A stretch of 64,000 bases of DNA from Tubiluchus corallicola (GCA_030141605.1 JAQGDQ010000122.1:434001-498000), one strand, 5' to 3'; shown: positions 1-31,562, counted from the first letter of the stretch. Translations and numbers: made by a program. Notes: generated by a model not told the origin, from the letters alone.

Positions 1-843
1 TGGAATTATCCCGCATTGGCATACGTAATTATGCTAAAACTGGAATTGCAAAACATTTCACGAAACAAAATTTCAATTTTCTTTTTTTGTGTTTTTTGTA
101 GCATACATGGACATCAGATTTAGTATGTTCTATTTCTTGTCTCATTATTTTTTCTTGTCCGTGTGCACCAGGCTTTAGCACTCTACGAAGTCTAAAATTA
201 TGACTTTGAAAACATAAACCAGTTTTAGCATAATTGCACAATTATTTATATCAACAAAAAGATTCCCCATGAAGCCCTGACTGTTTTGTAAAGACATAGA
301 ATTCGTTAAAATCTCTCATTAAAGGAAAAGACACGAATTTTCACTCCACCACTGTGGACTAACTTTAGGTGATAATGACAAATGATCACTAAATGTAACC
401 CACCACAAACGGTTTGCGTGCATCAAACAGTTTGTTGCTAGAAGTTATTTACTTCTGTCCTGTGATCCTGTCCTAGTGCTTTTGTAACGTTTTCTGCTGC
501 TTGTGTTCTGTGCAACGTACGCTGTTTTATGTGACTGTGTTCTTATGGTGTCTTCTGCTATTGATATTGAATGTGTTTACCTTACAAAACCAAATGTAAT
601 AATTAAATTTTACATTTATTGCAAATGCAATTGTAGATTACAATTGTTAGTATTTTGTGATTGTCTCTGTCTTTTTTCACGTGAAGATGGTCTACAGTGG
701 TAAGATTAAACACTACCTTTCTTCTTTTTTGTGGCATTTTTTTATGAATTTTCTCCATGTTATTAGGACATGCAACTCGGCGAATGACAAAAATTAAAAG
801 TTTACAATGGAAATGATTAGTTTTTTAACAAAGTGCTTCATGG

Positions 844-1472
844 TTAACCCTTTCACTACGTAGTTGCTTTTTAACAGGGCTGCTTTGGCTTCTGCACATT
901 TGACAATAACTTCATGTGGTGTTTTACTAAAAAATAATATTGTAAATAAACAAATAACAGTCATATTATAAAACACTAATATTGAATGTTAGTTTTATTT
1001 GTATACATGCACACACACCCATGCACGTACACATGCACTCATGCACGCATATATGCACGTACACGCCCGTGCATATAGGACATACATATATTTAGAAGCT
1101 AATTTTCACAAAAGTCATATTACTGATCCATAATATGCAATTATTTTATAAGGATGCAGAATAAGTGACTAAACATGCGTTTCATCAATGATCTGCAAGT
1201 GATTTTGCATGGAAACAGACCATACAGTACAGTATTATGGAATGCACCTGGCTTTAGATGCTGATTGGCTGGTTAGCGTTACTTGTTGCAAAGCAATGCC
1301 AATCCCACCGCTGTTAAACTCTTCTAAATTGTTTTTGCATGACCGTAGCAGCAAAAATAAGCAGACCTGGGTAACTTAACTGCGCTTACCTCTGGCGGCA
1401 ATCTGTCACCTTCAGTTCCTTACAAGAAAAATGTAGGCGACAGTGTGCCGCCATCCGTAGTGAAAGGGTTAA
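844..1472. mobile_element. Non-autonomous piggyBac-like element
   Basis: TTAA|CCCTTTCACTACG ... CGTAGTGAAAGGG|TTAA: perfect 13-bp TIRs with a TTAA target duplication and no ORF. Confidence 0.85.
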
Positions 1473-2065
1473 TCACATTCCATATAATCACTTGTTCTCC
1501 AGTTACTTATTTTCTCTTATCATGCCATTGTTTTTTTACCATGAACATTATCATGCCATGTTCGGTGTCGATATATTCTGCAGTAACTATGTACAGAGTT
1601 ATAGTAACCTTTTAACACAAAGTGCTCTAATGATGAAAAGAATCTCTCTAAACTGGACTAAAGATAAAATATTACTGTATTTCTTGAAGAAATTAACTTT
1701 TGTCAAATTTTAAATTTGTTATTGATGATGTTGTCGTGACTTTCAAAGTGTCTTGTGCTGTTGTGTCATATGTTATGTCATGTTATATGACTTAAAAAAA
1801 TCAAGCTATATTGTTGCGTTTCTATTTGTTTTGTAATGAAATTTTTTCTATCTGCGTTTTTCTTATTTACATCTTGTAATTTAGTATCAGTAAAAGTATT
1901 AATATTATACTTTTCCTGGTTGGCATTTTTTAAAAGCATTTAAATGAAAGAGCGAATTTGGAATTGTTTATTCTGACCAACAGTTACTGTACAATTTCCC
2001 TGCTTTCGAGTTTACTTCTCTTGCTAAACTAAAGCACAAACATGTAGTATTTGATAACTTTGTAG

Positions 2066-18143
<16,078 letters not shown>

Positions 18144-19468
18144 TCACAGCTCTTGCTTGTTCTATTCTGACCTCTGGTGACGGGATACTGTACTCTTTTC
18201 TGTCTGTTTGTTAATGCAACATGTCGCACTTCTGGTCATACTTTTTACTAATCATCATTGACTTATGCGCTTCTCGTGGTAGTTTTAGTTACTAACATTT
18301 TTAACCAATTAACATTATTTGTACTGATGGTTTGATTAGGACAGTATGCAAAAGAGGCAGCTTTTTTAAAAAAATACGATAAAATATTCCTCCTTCGTAT
18401 GTGTGATATGTGAAGTTTAATCATGTGTACATTTTTATGAGTAAGTTAAACTTGAAAGTATTTGTAGTATTTGGGTACAACTGTATTTAATAAACTATTG
18501 AGTCCTAGTCATTTGAGTTATTTTTTTGCATACGGATGTATGAAAAACTTAGCAGTTGTTGATTTTTTTATTACAATTTGTGTAGGAAGAGTAAAGCTTT
18601 CAGTCATTGTACAAAAGCCCAGTGGCATTTCTTTTTGCGTTTTATGTACAAAAGTTTTGTTAGTGACAATTGTTTAAGAAAATAAAGTTATTTGTACAAA
18701 GTTTAATTTACCGGTGTACCGCATCGTGCAACATAAACGTTTTTCTACATACAAAATTTTTGTCTACCATTCTTGAAAATCTTGATTTTAAGAATGATTT
18801 TCGATGTTGTATGCAGGTAAACTTGGTGATAGAAAAATTTTACACAGTTACTTTGTGTATAGAATTCTTATTAATATTTAATGTTTGTGTTTGTTTTAGA
18901 ATCACTAGATGTATAATATCATGATTTGCAGTATTATTATTAATATGCCTATAACTACAAGAATGTTATCATCTTTTTTGAGCTTCTGGTGGAAGTACTT
19001 TTGTAAAAATAGCTCATTATCTTATGCATTCACGATGAATTTTGATAATTGTTATATAGAGTTATCATTGTAGCCATAATTAGGTGACTATTATTACACT
19101 GTATCTTAGAACTTGAGTGACAGCAATATGGTTCAAGTTCAGTTCCTGATTTTTCTAGTTTTCAAACTAATTAACTACAAGTGATCAGTAAATTAGCAAA
19201 AGAGTAAGTTTATCTTATTAAAGCTACTTCTGATGCATGAATAATTTCACGTGGAACTAAAAAACTATTTGCGATGATGTCACGATATATGATAGTGTAG
19301 AAAAGTATGCTTAATATCTTGAAGTAAAGGTACGTTGCTTTCATATCATAGAGTAAATTATAGTAAATCAAAAGTAAATTTCTGACACTGCCAATAACCT
19401 GTAAAAAAGAAAAATCTAAGATATTACTTTAAGATCTCTGCAGTACTTTATTTACCTATTTACTGGTT

Positions 19469-19864
19469 CACTCATATCTAGGTTTGCCGGACAAAAGCAG
19501 GAAGACATCGGTCCGAAATTTTGCCGACTGTTCGTATTCACTAAGCTAATGCAGTAGGCGCCGTGTATTAGACTCACGGTAATGTAGAATCAGTTGTCTC
19601 AAAAATGTCTAGTACGGGCCTATGCAAAAGTAAATAAAAACTATCGGCAATTGACTCGAATAACTCCGTATCATTGACTCTATATTTTTTCTGCACATGC
19701 ATAAATGGTGTAAACAAAGTGACGGCCTGCGAATTAGCATAGATTAAAGTCATAGATTAGCATAGGACTGTGTCTGTAGTATGCGGGACTTTTTAACGGT
19801 CGAGATTTTGTCCAATTCTTCCAATTTCTGTAAAAGCTAGGTCCGGCAAACCGTGATATGAGTG
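19469..19864. mobile_element. MITE with 24-bp TIRs
   Basis: CACTCATATCTAGGTTTGCCGGAC ... GTCCGGCAAACCGTGATATGAGTG (2 mismatches). Confidence 0.75.
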
Positions 19865-19996
19865 TATTCAAAACGTCCCAAGTTCAATTCCCGGACAGGA
19901 AGTTAACTACTTATTCTGGACGAAAGCTATTTCTAATGAAAAATACTTTGAGATATTAAAATATTTAATTATTTATCTATTATTCTGCATTGTTAC

Positions 19997-19998
<2 letters not shown>

Positions 19999-20034
<36 letters not shown>
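19999..20034. repeat. (TAT)n microsatellite
   Basis: Direct reading of the sequence. Confidence 0.9.
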
Positions 20035-20035
<1 letters not shown>

Positions 20036-21114
20036 TTGTTCTTATATATTAGGTCCGTCAGCATTTTAAATTGAGTATGTGTAGCTATGTTTTAGTTGTG
20101 TAGAGAGAACATGTTTTGTTTATTATACATGTTCTCTGCAAATACAGTATTCTCAGCTTTTTGCGAAAGTGATTTTGTTTCTGTAAATAACTTATATCTA
20201 CCAAAAACTAGTCTGTGCTTTTATGATAATATTTAACAAAAAAAAATCTGTTTTGGAATTTGATCTTTGTTGAAGAGTTGGAATATCTGTGTAAACTGGA
20301 AACATGTCTAGTTTTTAACTTTGGTATTTCCTTGATTGAATTTGTATTTGTTTTCTTAAAAATCGTTATTTTGGATTTTCTCGTGATCATTCACTTTTTT
20401 GATTCAGAATTTGTTTTTGTATATATTTGTTATTATTGTTGTTTGTTATTTACTCTGCAATTGTAAATAACTTGACGCATCTAAAATATGTTGTTAGCAT
20501 TGTTATTTCTCTGTCTAAGCACATAACTACTATTTTTATTTAACATTTAAATTGTCTTACATGTAACCTGCGTAGTACTTCATTTGAAGACGAATCATTC
20601 TTAAACCCTGATGTATAATGAGTGCTCTCGCAAGTGACAAATTATCTACTCATTTTAAGGGTTATTCCTGTGTAGGAAAGGCATGATTTGATCAGTAATT
20701 TTTGGGGAAAGGTTATTTGCAGTGATATGTAATTTTGCATGTCATGTTGAACGGTTAATATACATGTCTGCTATTGTAATGTTACTGTGCAATTATGTAC
20801 AATAACAACAGGATTGAAGAACTATTGTGCATATCCAGGGTAGTTTTAAAAGCAACAATTGCATCAGGTTTTTCTTAAAAAGAAACTGTCGAGATTCGTT
20901 TGCAGTTTTTCTGCATGTTTCTGGCATTTTTTCGAAAGTCGTCATTAATGTATCTTTTTAATTGACATGTCTGTTGCATGTATTATACTTCATGTTTAGC
21001 TATTGTATTACCTTAAACTTGCTGAAAATCGTCAAGGAGTTTGTCTTGGAATCATGTTATAATAACACTGTTCTCTTGTTGAATAATCCTGTTCACTTGT
21101 TTGTTTCTGTAAAG

Positions 21115-21183
21115 GTGATTGGCGGTGAACGTTCGGACCGTTTGATGCCGCTACCGCTAAGCAAGCGACCGACGGATCAGGCA
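21115..21183 (+). CDS. PMCA: PMCA alternative cassette exon in the CaM-binding domain (VIGGERSDRLMPLPLSKRPTDQA, 23 aa)
   Basis: Pyrimidine-rich acceptor ttgtttctgtaaag|GTG and donor GCA|gtaaga; 69 nt, phase 0/0. The peptide resembles the VIGG...TDQA insert I recall from insect and nematode PMCA splice forms. Confidence 0.8.
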
Positions 21184-21870
21184 GTAAGATATCGTGATCT
21201 TATTCAGAGATTAATGGGATGCCATCTTTGTCACTTGGTTCCTAACACGGGTCTAATTATGCTCTACTTTCAATTCAAAAATTGCGTACTTAATGCAAGA
21301 ATTTGATGCTGTTATGCAAGTACAAAATTGAAAATCACACTAAATAATGCGATGTACAACAGCTTTATTTGTATTCTATTTTGTACTGCTAGTTTTTTTC
21401 CTCATGGCTTCATCATTTTCAACTATTCACACATTTAGTGACGCTTGTTGATCTAGCTCAAATTGTGTCAAATTAGGACCCGTGTAAGGACCATGTGGAG
21501 CTTTTGTCTATTAAGGTGTGGTGCCATTTCTTTGCCGGCATGCTGTTTTTTCCAAGCTTCCTTTGTCGTGGTTGTGCTTTTATTTTCTTGATGTATTGTT
21601 TATTTCAGTTTTGAGGTCTCGTCCAGAGTTAGTCGATAAAAAATTACAGAAATAGGAAAACTAATTATCGTCTTAGTAAAGAGACGAGTAGAAAACAGGA
21701 CAGTAATATTTACTATAATGAATAGTGATGAAAGTTGATCTTACTTTTTTAGACTTTGAGCAAAGCAGAGCGTACTTTTTAAAGAATGTACCAATTGTAG
21801 TGACTTTCTCTGTCCCTCCCTTCCCATCTCTCTCACATTCTCTTTCCCTTTCCTTTTCTATTTCTTCCTT

Positions 21871-22043
<173 letters not shown>

Positions 22044-25000
22044 GTCAATATGGTATTGTAGACTAATACTTCATTAATTTTATTATTTCTTGATCTTACA
22101 ACTGTGAGCTTGCGCTGCTCCTTCCTTTTGTACTTTTTCGTCATTTTTAGTGTGTAGGCTAGCTTTATTCAGACTAGTTTTTGTTCTTTACTTGTATAGT
22201 GGGCATTTTGAATCAATTCTTTAATTCTTTTAGACAGTAGCGTAAAAGTAGAGTAGCTGTTGTTGTTTTTTTCATTCATTGCGTTGTCATTCATCACACA
22301 ATGGAGTTTTTTGTATTTTTACATGGAGATGAATATCCGTAAATCTTTTTGATACCTCTATATTTTTTACAGCTTGTGAGCTTGAGTACAAAAAATGTTT
22401 TCAGTTTTTAATATTTATAAACAAATCTAAAGGGAATGTTGCATTTATTGATGTCAATGCAAAATTTCTGACTGTCAGAAAAAAGATGCATAGTGTAGGG
22501 ATGTCAGGTCATACAAATCTGGCGATACAGTAACAATAATCTTTTTTTTGGATGATGCAGTACGATACGATAAAAACGATACTGAAGTTAGACAATTTTT
22601 TAACAACAGAAGAAGTATGATTAATAATTAAAATTATTAAGTGTTTCAGTGCATTCAGTGCTTCATACCTAAATGGCTGCTAGTTACGAAACTCAACTTT
22701 GTTTGTCATAGTGATTCTTAAATATGTAAGCAGCGATAGACAAATAATTACCTATGCAAGCTGCACATGACTGGAAAAGTGACACTAAAAATACAGTACA
22801 GGGTAAATAATGATAAAAACAAATTTTTCATATCTATACGATAATCGATGATTATAGATAATAATCGATGCTTATTGTTAACTTATCTAGCGCAGTAATG
22901 CTAAAATATTTGCTCTTTTTTTTTAGTGACTTTCAAAACACACGTGATCAAGCACAGCACTAACTATTATTCCTGCTCAATCCTTTGATCCCAACCTTAT
23001 TTTTGCGTGTCTGATAAGTACTACGTAAGAGAGATTACTCTAGTAAGGCACACCCATTAATTTCTGTTTAAAAGCGTATCTTTTAAAATTACACACGTGA
23101 GCATGAAAGCACGTCATTCCAATAAACTTCTCATTTTCTTCTTAAATATGGTGCTTGTTTAACAGCAGGTTTCTAGAGTAATCTAGGGGTTTTTATCAGC
23201 TAAAACTGAGCTAAGAAATCATGATTGATTAATCACTTTATTGCTATTCTGGGCTGCAGTAAATGTGATATTATTTTATATTTTATTTATTTTTCATTTT
23301 GTTGTTATTTTCATGAAGCAGTGTCTTTCATTTACATGCATTGTGTATTGTATGTCAAAGAGAAATATCAAACGTCATTTTTTTTTGCATTAATGTAAAT
23401 TCTTTGTCTGCTGTCCTTAGTAGTTGTCTTTACTTAGTGTTTTATATCACTTTAGTAATTTATACGCTTCAACATAATGTAGTAGATTTTATAAGTAAAC
23501 TTAAAAAAGTTAATTAAGAATACTGGTTTAGCATAGTCTATAATTAATAGCATGTGCCAAATTATTTCACTGTTAAAATCCAGTTGTCGTTGTTCGAAAC
23601 AAAGTATTTTACCTTGGTAATTAAGACAAAAAACAAGCCTTATTTGTTTTACGTCTAGATTTGGCTTAGTTTTTGTGGCACCAGGTTGCAGCACAATACA
23701 CTGATAACAATCGGGTTGACATGAAGCACCCATTGTTTTTTTGTGCATTGTGTTCCTTTATTTTCCATTGTTTTATTGAGGTGAACTGGTTTTCTTACAG
23801 GCGATTGCAATGATACAGACACAGGTACATAACCCTGGTATTGCATGCGCCCCGTTTTACTTTCTTTTTACCATATATGTGCATAAGCCAAATCTCTTGT
23901 TGACATTTCTGCCGTTCAAGATCTGCGTTTGTCTTAAGCAACTGCTTTTTCTGCAAAATATGTGCTGATCATAAACATTTTCACTTACTTGAGTTCACAA
24001 ATTTGAACTATATGTTTAAAGTTCATATTCTTCGATGCAACTTTTACATGAGTTTAAAATTTTAAAATGGCAGAAACATCATGTCAGCACTTTGTATGTA
24101 AACCTATTGTCAGTGACCTATTAGAAATTTATGAAGCTTGGCTTGCTAAGCTCTTGCTATGGCGGCAATACCTCTTTTATCTGCTTTTGTATCGTTTCTT
24201 TGTGTTCCCTAGTAGTTATTAGCATTTTTTATATACTGTTTATCTTAAATATGTCATGTTTATACTGCTTGTCTTATGAGGGAAGGCAAAGGTGTACTTG
24301 AACTTTGACCTAAGCATGCCTGTAACTGAAATACATTTTCTATGACATGTTATCTTCTACTTAGTAGAAATGTTTTGGTTTCGTGCATTTTGAAGTACAC
24401 ATATAACTATATAGTAGTACTTCCTAAGCAGTATTTAATGTCTTTTAACAACTGAAATATCTTGACTTATTTCTTCTAGTCTTTTTCTAGTTATTCAGAA
24501 ATGCCTGAATATGATATGCATGTAATAAGACTAATATTTTTACCAATACTGCATTTTTACAAGTTTGAGCAGTGAGATGCATTAAGAGCATTAGATGGGC
24601 ATTATGAAGTAGTAGTCTTTACCTCTGTAAGAGTGTTTTGCTTAATATAAGAAGCATTTTAATAGTGTAGTTAGTTTTGGATGATTTTCATATCGTATAT
24701 GAGGGTAATTTTTTTTGTTTAAAATAGTTATTTGAGTATTTTGAATTCTAACGTTACTCTGTGTAAAAAAGTAAGTCATTCATTCAGCTGGCAAATGAAG
24801 TAAAATGCATTAAATAAACTGCTAAATGAAAGTCAGGAAGAATGTTAACGTATTAAATTTCGCTTCATGACGTTATAAACTGTCACAGAAATTTCCCGTT
24901 TGATAATTTGCAAATATGGCTAAATAGTTTTAATTTGGTTACTCTGCTTTTACGACGAGCACTTGTGTGGTCAGTTCAGGCAGGTGTTTGAGTCTCTGTC

Positions 25001-25585
25001 TGACTAATCTTTCGTCCCAACTGATACCCTTGTCCCAGTGTACACACTTGTGTCTTGCACTTAAATTAATTGATCTACAATAGGAATCAGTGCATCGTTA
25101 ATTCATCTTCATTCACTGTAACTGTTTTGTAATCTATTGTTTGCAATGAATTCTAGGTCTATTGAGACCGTTCAGTTTTCACTGTTAACCCGTGTGTGCA
25201 TCCACTGTTGCAAAATGCCATGTTTTCTAACATTTAGTGTCTAAACATTAGTTAATTTCTACCATTTTGTAAAATGATCTAATGGGCCAATCAGAGATGG
25301 CCGAGCATTGTTCAGAAAGATTTTTTGGGTCTATAAAGCTTCGTTGTGATTTTTAATTTTTTGATATTTCAGTAAGAGGTTTAACATGTTTGTAATAATT
25401 AAATTTTAAGTTTAGTAAAATATTGTGTTGATTCTTAGCAATATTGTTAATCATGATTGGTTTTTGCTTTTAACCTTTGCAAACAATTGACGATTCTTCA
25501 CGTTTTTGCTTAAAATAAACATTTCAGGATGAACATTTTTTGACAAAAAAACTTCCTGATTTCCAGCTTCTTTTCTTTCTTTCAG

Positions 25586-25780
25586 ATTCGCGTTGTTAAC
25601 GCATTTCGCATGGGAGTAGATTCGAACCGATACGAAACAAGTCAACTAGCAAACAATCCTTCCTTGCAAAACGTTGTGACTCATCTGCAAGCAAAACGTC
25701 TCTCCCTTATGCACGGTTCTCGTCCGTCGGGCGAAAGCGTGCCCACGACAAGTGCACCCTCGGCAGCCACACCTGTCTGA
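25586..25780 (+). CDS. PMCA: PMCA distal alternative terminal exon (IRVVNAFRMGVDSNRY...SAATPV*)
   Basis: Strong acceptor ttcttttctttctttcag|ATT. Begins with the canonical second half of the CaM-binding domain (IRVVNAFR), runs 64 codons to TGA and ends in T-P-V (class I PDZ-type motif). Absent from the ORF track. Confidence 0.88.
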   Translation: MRVVNAFRMGVDSNRYETSQLANNPSLQNVVTHLQAKRLSLMHGSRPSGESVPTTSAPSAATPV

Positions 25781-27564
25781 GGCTAACTGAACTGCAAATT
25801 GTGGTAAATTGGTAGACTTTTCCGGCTTAGACAGATGTGTGACCATTGAGCAAGCGTTTCTCTTTGCTGTCAGACTGCGTGGACGCTAAGTCCTACATAG
25901 TGTTTCAAAATAAAACTTTTATTACTGTGACGTATAGTGCATGCTATCAGTAATTCGATATAAATGTCTTTACATGATAAGCTTCTCGAATCTAAGTATT
26001 TCTTATTCGCGATAGAAATTTAAAAAATTATATAACTTAGGTGTTATTATTGGATTAATAGCTTATTCACTTTGTGAGCAATGTTATAAAATTCTTAAAA
26101 ACAGTTCTAAACACTTAGTCCATTATATCCATTTTCATTGCATGTAAGGTGATATTTGCTTAGTCTGGAAACATAAATGTGTAAAGTTTATTATCGTTTA
26201 TAATAATAATAATTACAAGTGTAATGGTAAAATACTATTACGACGTTGGGTTTATTTAATTAATTTTCCTCGGTCATCCCTAACTTTTCATCTCTGCATG
26301 TTATGTGATCTTCGCCTATGTCTGTGGTCATTTAGAATAACGATGTGTGAATGTAGATAAAACTAATAACAGATGTTGACATGTGGCCTTGACGGTATAA
26401 AGCTGTACATGTATATATTTGTGTTGTTAAATCATTATCCTGTTTTTAAGCATTCATTAGCGTAGAAGATGTAAACGTTAATCTCTAATAGTACCGCAGA
26501 TTTCTAGCGAGTTGTTTTCTTTTAATGCTTCCTGGTGAGCATAGTCTTTCTAAAAATAATTATTTGTTTAAACGAGATGCTGCAGATTCGATCTGATTGA
26601 TCAGTTTTCTAACACTGCCAAATTTCTTTGGGTTAGTAACACCAGCATGGAGCATCGTGCAATTTATGTAAAAGTGCAGAAATGTGCAACGATATGGAAG
26701 TTAGAAATGGTACAAAAGTGTTTTGGAATTGATCCAGCTTCGTTCCAGCCAATAGGTTAGGTTATGTATGCATCACATTTGCTGATACCCTTAGAATAAG
26801 CTGATGCAAGTACTGTGTCTGAGGTCCACGTGTGTTTCGCTCTGTTGTAAAGAGTGTCTTCTGCTAGTGAACTTTCAATAGTGGAGTCGATTTCAGATAC
26901 GTTGTTTTGTCAGAAAGCATAATGGTGATGCAGTCTCACTCACGATAGCATGTTCACTTGTTTAACTGCAGCATGTTCACTTACTTAACTGTCCCGGAAA
27001 CAATTAAAGACATTCCTTTTACTGAACATTTGCTTTGTTTTTATACGAGATGCGTTTGTGTTTCATGTAAATTTATTTTCTCTATTTTTTGAACTTTTTG
27101 TTGTATGTTAATGATAACACAGTTTAGAACAAGCCTGTATATATTAACCACAGTTAGCTGTTGTGACATTTACCGGTGGTGTTGTAAGAAAGGATAATGT
27201 TATTCGCATTATGTGCAATGCGTTGAACAATACTTCGTGCAATGCTAACATTTACATCGAATTCCTCAGTTCTTGGCTAAACAAAGTGTTATATTATGTA
27301 TATATTATATTATTAAGTAACTGTTACTAGTGTATACTGGATATGTAATTCTAGTGCAGGGTTTTTTATTCATTGTTTATTTCCACTAATTATTTTTATG
27401 TGTTAGGAATATAGATGAACTTGCCATGTTTATAAATTTTACTTAGGTAAGTAACTAATACCCAAGCGGAGGCTGGATGTGTGACGAGTATGTATAGCTT
27501 TAGCCTAGCTGCATAAGCTTTCATTGTTTGTTTCATTGTTCATAGCGCTATGAGATAGGGAGAG

Positions 27565-27721
27565 TACAGTAAACTTTCGGATGGCTAGGGGCCAACGAAA
27601 CTGTCCGACTTGCTCGATAAAGCGAATTCAGATATATAGAAACAAATCCATTCCGCCGAGTGTGTCTGAGATGAACAATATTCCGATTTACGCAGAGCCA
27701 AATTATGCGTAGTCTACTGTA
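27565..27721. mobile_element. Short Tc1/mariner (pogo/Tigger-like) MITE
   Basis: TA|CAGTAAACT ... AGTCTACTG|TA termini with TA duplication. Confidence 0.5.
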
Positions 27722-30700
27722 TTACATTCTGAATTTGTGATCATCATCCACTTTCTTGTCTTCTGATTAAGCTGATCATATTGTCTTTCTTGATATTGTC
27801 TAGAAAATGTAATTTAAAGACAACAGTTTTATTTCATATGCCTGTTTCTTAATAGCCTGCTCTGTTCCAATGTAACTATAATAAAAAACGGTTGTATTTT
27901 ATTCTTTTAACTGCACAGTGGATTTGTAATTTGTGTGATAGTATTTGTTCCTCAGTCAATATAAAAAAATGAAATATATAAGAGCTAATCGCTTGCTGTT
28001 TTGGAGATAACAGAAGTCTGCATTGCTTACACTTGCTCTTGCATTGTTGTAGGACTTTACTTTTGTATACAGGTAGTGCAGTTGCTGCAAGAGAAGTAAT
28101 AGTTTTTAGTTCATAGGTTGTTATTTAATTTAATGATATACATTTAAAAAAATGTTAATATTGTTCATTTGACTGTGAGAGACATTACAGTCGTCATATT
28201 CAGCTGACTACAGATTCTGTAAATTGTTCAATATTTGAGTTTTGTGCAGGCGTATCAGACTAAGATTTGCTTTATTCAAAATGCAACTACCTTATTAATG
28301 TACGTTGGTCACTAGTGCGGCAGCGTTTTGCATTAAAACAATTATGTGTGATTACAGAAATGATTAACTACTGTAACTATTCTATTAGTTTGGTTATCCT
28401 TGTATAGATGGCAGCATTATGAATCTCAATGGTGAGTTTGTTTACTGACGCTGACTTTGTTTTAATAACTATAGTTGTAGTATATGTAATGTATATATAG
28501 CAGGAAGTTTATTTTCACTGTATGTAGTGTGTGCGCCGTTTTTGCGAAATGCGTTCAGACAAAATGTTTAAAACTCTGTAGTAGTTTTGCTCTAAATTAC
28601 TTTGCATATTTTAGTGCTAATAAGCGATGAAACTACAATGTGCCGTATATGCGCAGAATATTGATAATAGTTCGTCTTTTTTCTTTGTTCTTTTTTTGTT
28701 TGCAGGGATTTCGGTAACATTGTATGTTTTTATGAGATAATAAAGTTTTTAAATTTAACATAATTAAATAGGCGAAAGTTTCGTCTGACTTATTTTGTGT
28801 TAAACATTTATTATGAATAGTTTGTTCCATTCAGACAACGTCAGCAGTTATTATTAGTAGGAATATTATTCATTAACATTTTATTAGTATTATATGCCTA
28901 TTTACAAATCCTTAATAACTTTATTGTAATGGACTACAAATTTCATTAAATTAAAATGAAGATTTGTAGCTATACAATCAGTTTTATAAAACACGTTTGT
29001 TTAACACAAAGCTACTAAACAAACAGAGAAACAACATAATTTAACTCGAATGATCTTTGGACATAACCAAGTTGAAAGTGGTGACAATCAACGCTGCCTC
29101 ACCACTGAAAACGTGCAAACAAATAAATTTTGTAGAGTACTTTGACTACAAAACTGTCTAACTGTTTGCCCAACCTAACTGTAGCATCGATAATAACGGA
29201 AGAACTCAAAAAACGTACGATCGTTGGAAGTTGTTGAATAAACATTTCTAGTGCAATAATGCAGTTTATGAGTTGTTGTGTAGCAGATGTGAATGTAATT
29301 ACATTGGTCAAACTACTAAACAATTACGTATTTACAACAGAGAACTGTATTGAATTCTGAACACGGTGATATTGTTATTTGAACCAATAACCGAGAATTT
29401 CAACGTCCAATTATCCAAAGCGTTGTTGTGTGTGGATGTACTGTTAAATACACTAAACACAATGCACATGGTTTTATAATGACGTTATTTAATTGTCAAA
29501 AGCCAATTAGGCATTTGCTTGTTGGTGTGAATTTAGTTAGGCCTATAGATTAGATTAGATCACTAGATAAATAGCTAAGAGCAATAACTAGAATCTGCAC
29601 TAATATTACAACATCATACATGTATAGCAAAATAATAACGCATAAAAATAGAAAATGATCTACTGGTAATGTTTTACACATGAGTCAAACCTACCGTTTT
29701 CAAATATTGCATCTCCACCAGATAAAATTCCCTTCAGGAAATGCAGTGAGGATGATTACAGTGATGGTGTAGGACATCTCAAGTATATGTTAACATTCAC
29801 TGTCAGCAAAAATTATAGGCAATACAGCATAGAGCAGATTATGGTTTTACCTGGAACGTGTGTATTAGGTGTTCAAGGCAATGGTAATTTTGATTTCTTA
29901 TTTTTTGCAATTCGTGGACAGCATGTGAATCAAATATAAAAATGATCATCAATAAATCAATAACCAATTATGATCTTCTATTTACAAACAATTTTCAATC
30001 TATTCTCACTGCTATGATGTGCGTAAGTAAGTACATAATGAGTTTTCATACACAAACAGCTACTGTTCACTTTCTACTTAGAAAAAACAAAATGAGATAT
30101 TATTCCCAAGAAAAATGCAATTAAAAGTAAAAAAACAAACACTGTACAAATGGCACCAAAATATAAACGATGAGTGTCAGAGCTTGCAAAGTGTGAAACA
30201 GTATAAAAAACTCTTCAGAAGAAATAAAAATTAAAAGTCTAGAGACATGAGATATAAAGACCACTATTTACAAAGGCAGTAAATTGTTTCACTACATAAG
30301 TGCAATGAGTCACAAATGTAAACACCAGCAAAACCAATATAATAGAAAACCATGATAATAGAGGACTACAAAAAGGCTGCTGTCAAATAGTTTATACATA
30401 AAGGGCATATGTCTATGTATCTATAAGAGCAATACATCTGAGCCACCTATGCAGTACGTGCTAAAATCATGTATATATAAAAGTATTTACACACAACTTG
30501 AGCTCACATTCTAAAATTCTGACTACAGAGATTATACTCACCAAAACATCTGTCAGTACGCGGAACAGACTAAAAAACCTAAATCACAGCAACATAGATT
30601 CGTTAAGGCCACACCCTATCCAGATCGTACACTACTACACCACACCTGATGTGATCAGCAGGAACCTGACCAGGATATCTCAATAATCAAACGCTGCCAG

Positions 30701-31562
30701 GCGTGGACAGATGTACGATTTCACTAGAATGACACAAAATTATCATTTGAAGCAAAATTACAAAATTTTACAATTCTTGCTTCAGCAATTACTGAAGCCA
30801 TTGATGATTACATATAAACAGTGTGAAATGACGAAACCTATGACAAATTAAAATCAAGTAACTATTTTATTACAGGTATTTACAAGTTCTACAAATATTC
30901 CAAAATTTGCAGTTGAAATTCAATTGATGATAAGAAAATAAAATTAACAGTTAACAGAAAATTTCAATGCTGCAACAACGAGCTACAAATTTACAACTAC
31001 TAGCAAATCTAATTTATAAACTGATCTCTCGTTTTCACCTAGTAAGTCCATTGCTTCTTCCAAAAATACTTCAATTTGCAAACTCTAAAGTTACTTTTTC
31101 AGCAGTTGTGAGGTGAATGCCTGAAAGTTGAATGGTATCGCTTCAGCACTACGCAAAAAATTTTCTACTGCATACGAGGCAGAAAACTTAATGTAAAACT
31201 TAATGTAAAGTGTTTATTACAGGAATGCGATACAATTTTTCCTGCAATTTTTCAGCTGCAGTTCTTCTAGACTGTTAAAATTCCACGAAATCAGGGCTAA
31301 CAACAATGAAACCTTTGTTGAAACATCATATTCAGTAGCCCATTATGATTAACCAATATTTACATAACATGTAAATATAACAACAAGGATGATACAGTAG
31401 AACAAATTCAAATGTACTAAAACCTGAGCAGACTAATTTGATCAATGGTAAAACTAATGTAATGATTTGATTTGTGTTCAATTTCTAAGTTTTTAATATG
31501 CTGTCCAGCACTAATATACAAGCACATAACATGCAAAGCACAATGCAGTCGTCATAGAAACG

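Noticed and set aside
687-699. Possible PMCA microexon at splice site A (aag|ATGGTCTACAGTG|gtaaga)
   Set aside because: 13 nt does not preserve the frame into the phase-1 exon at 2066, and no compensating partner exon could be established. It needs RNA evidence.
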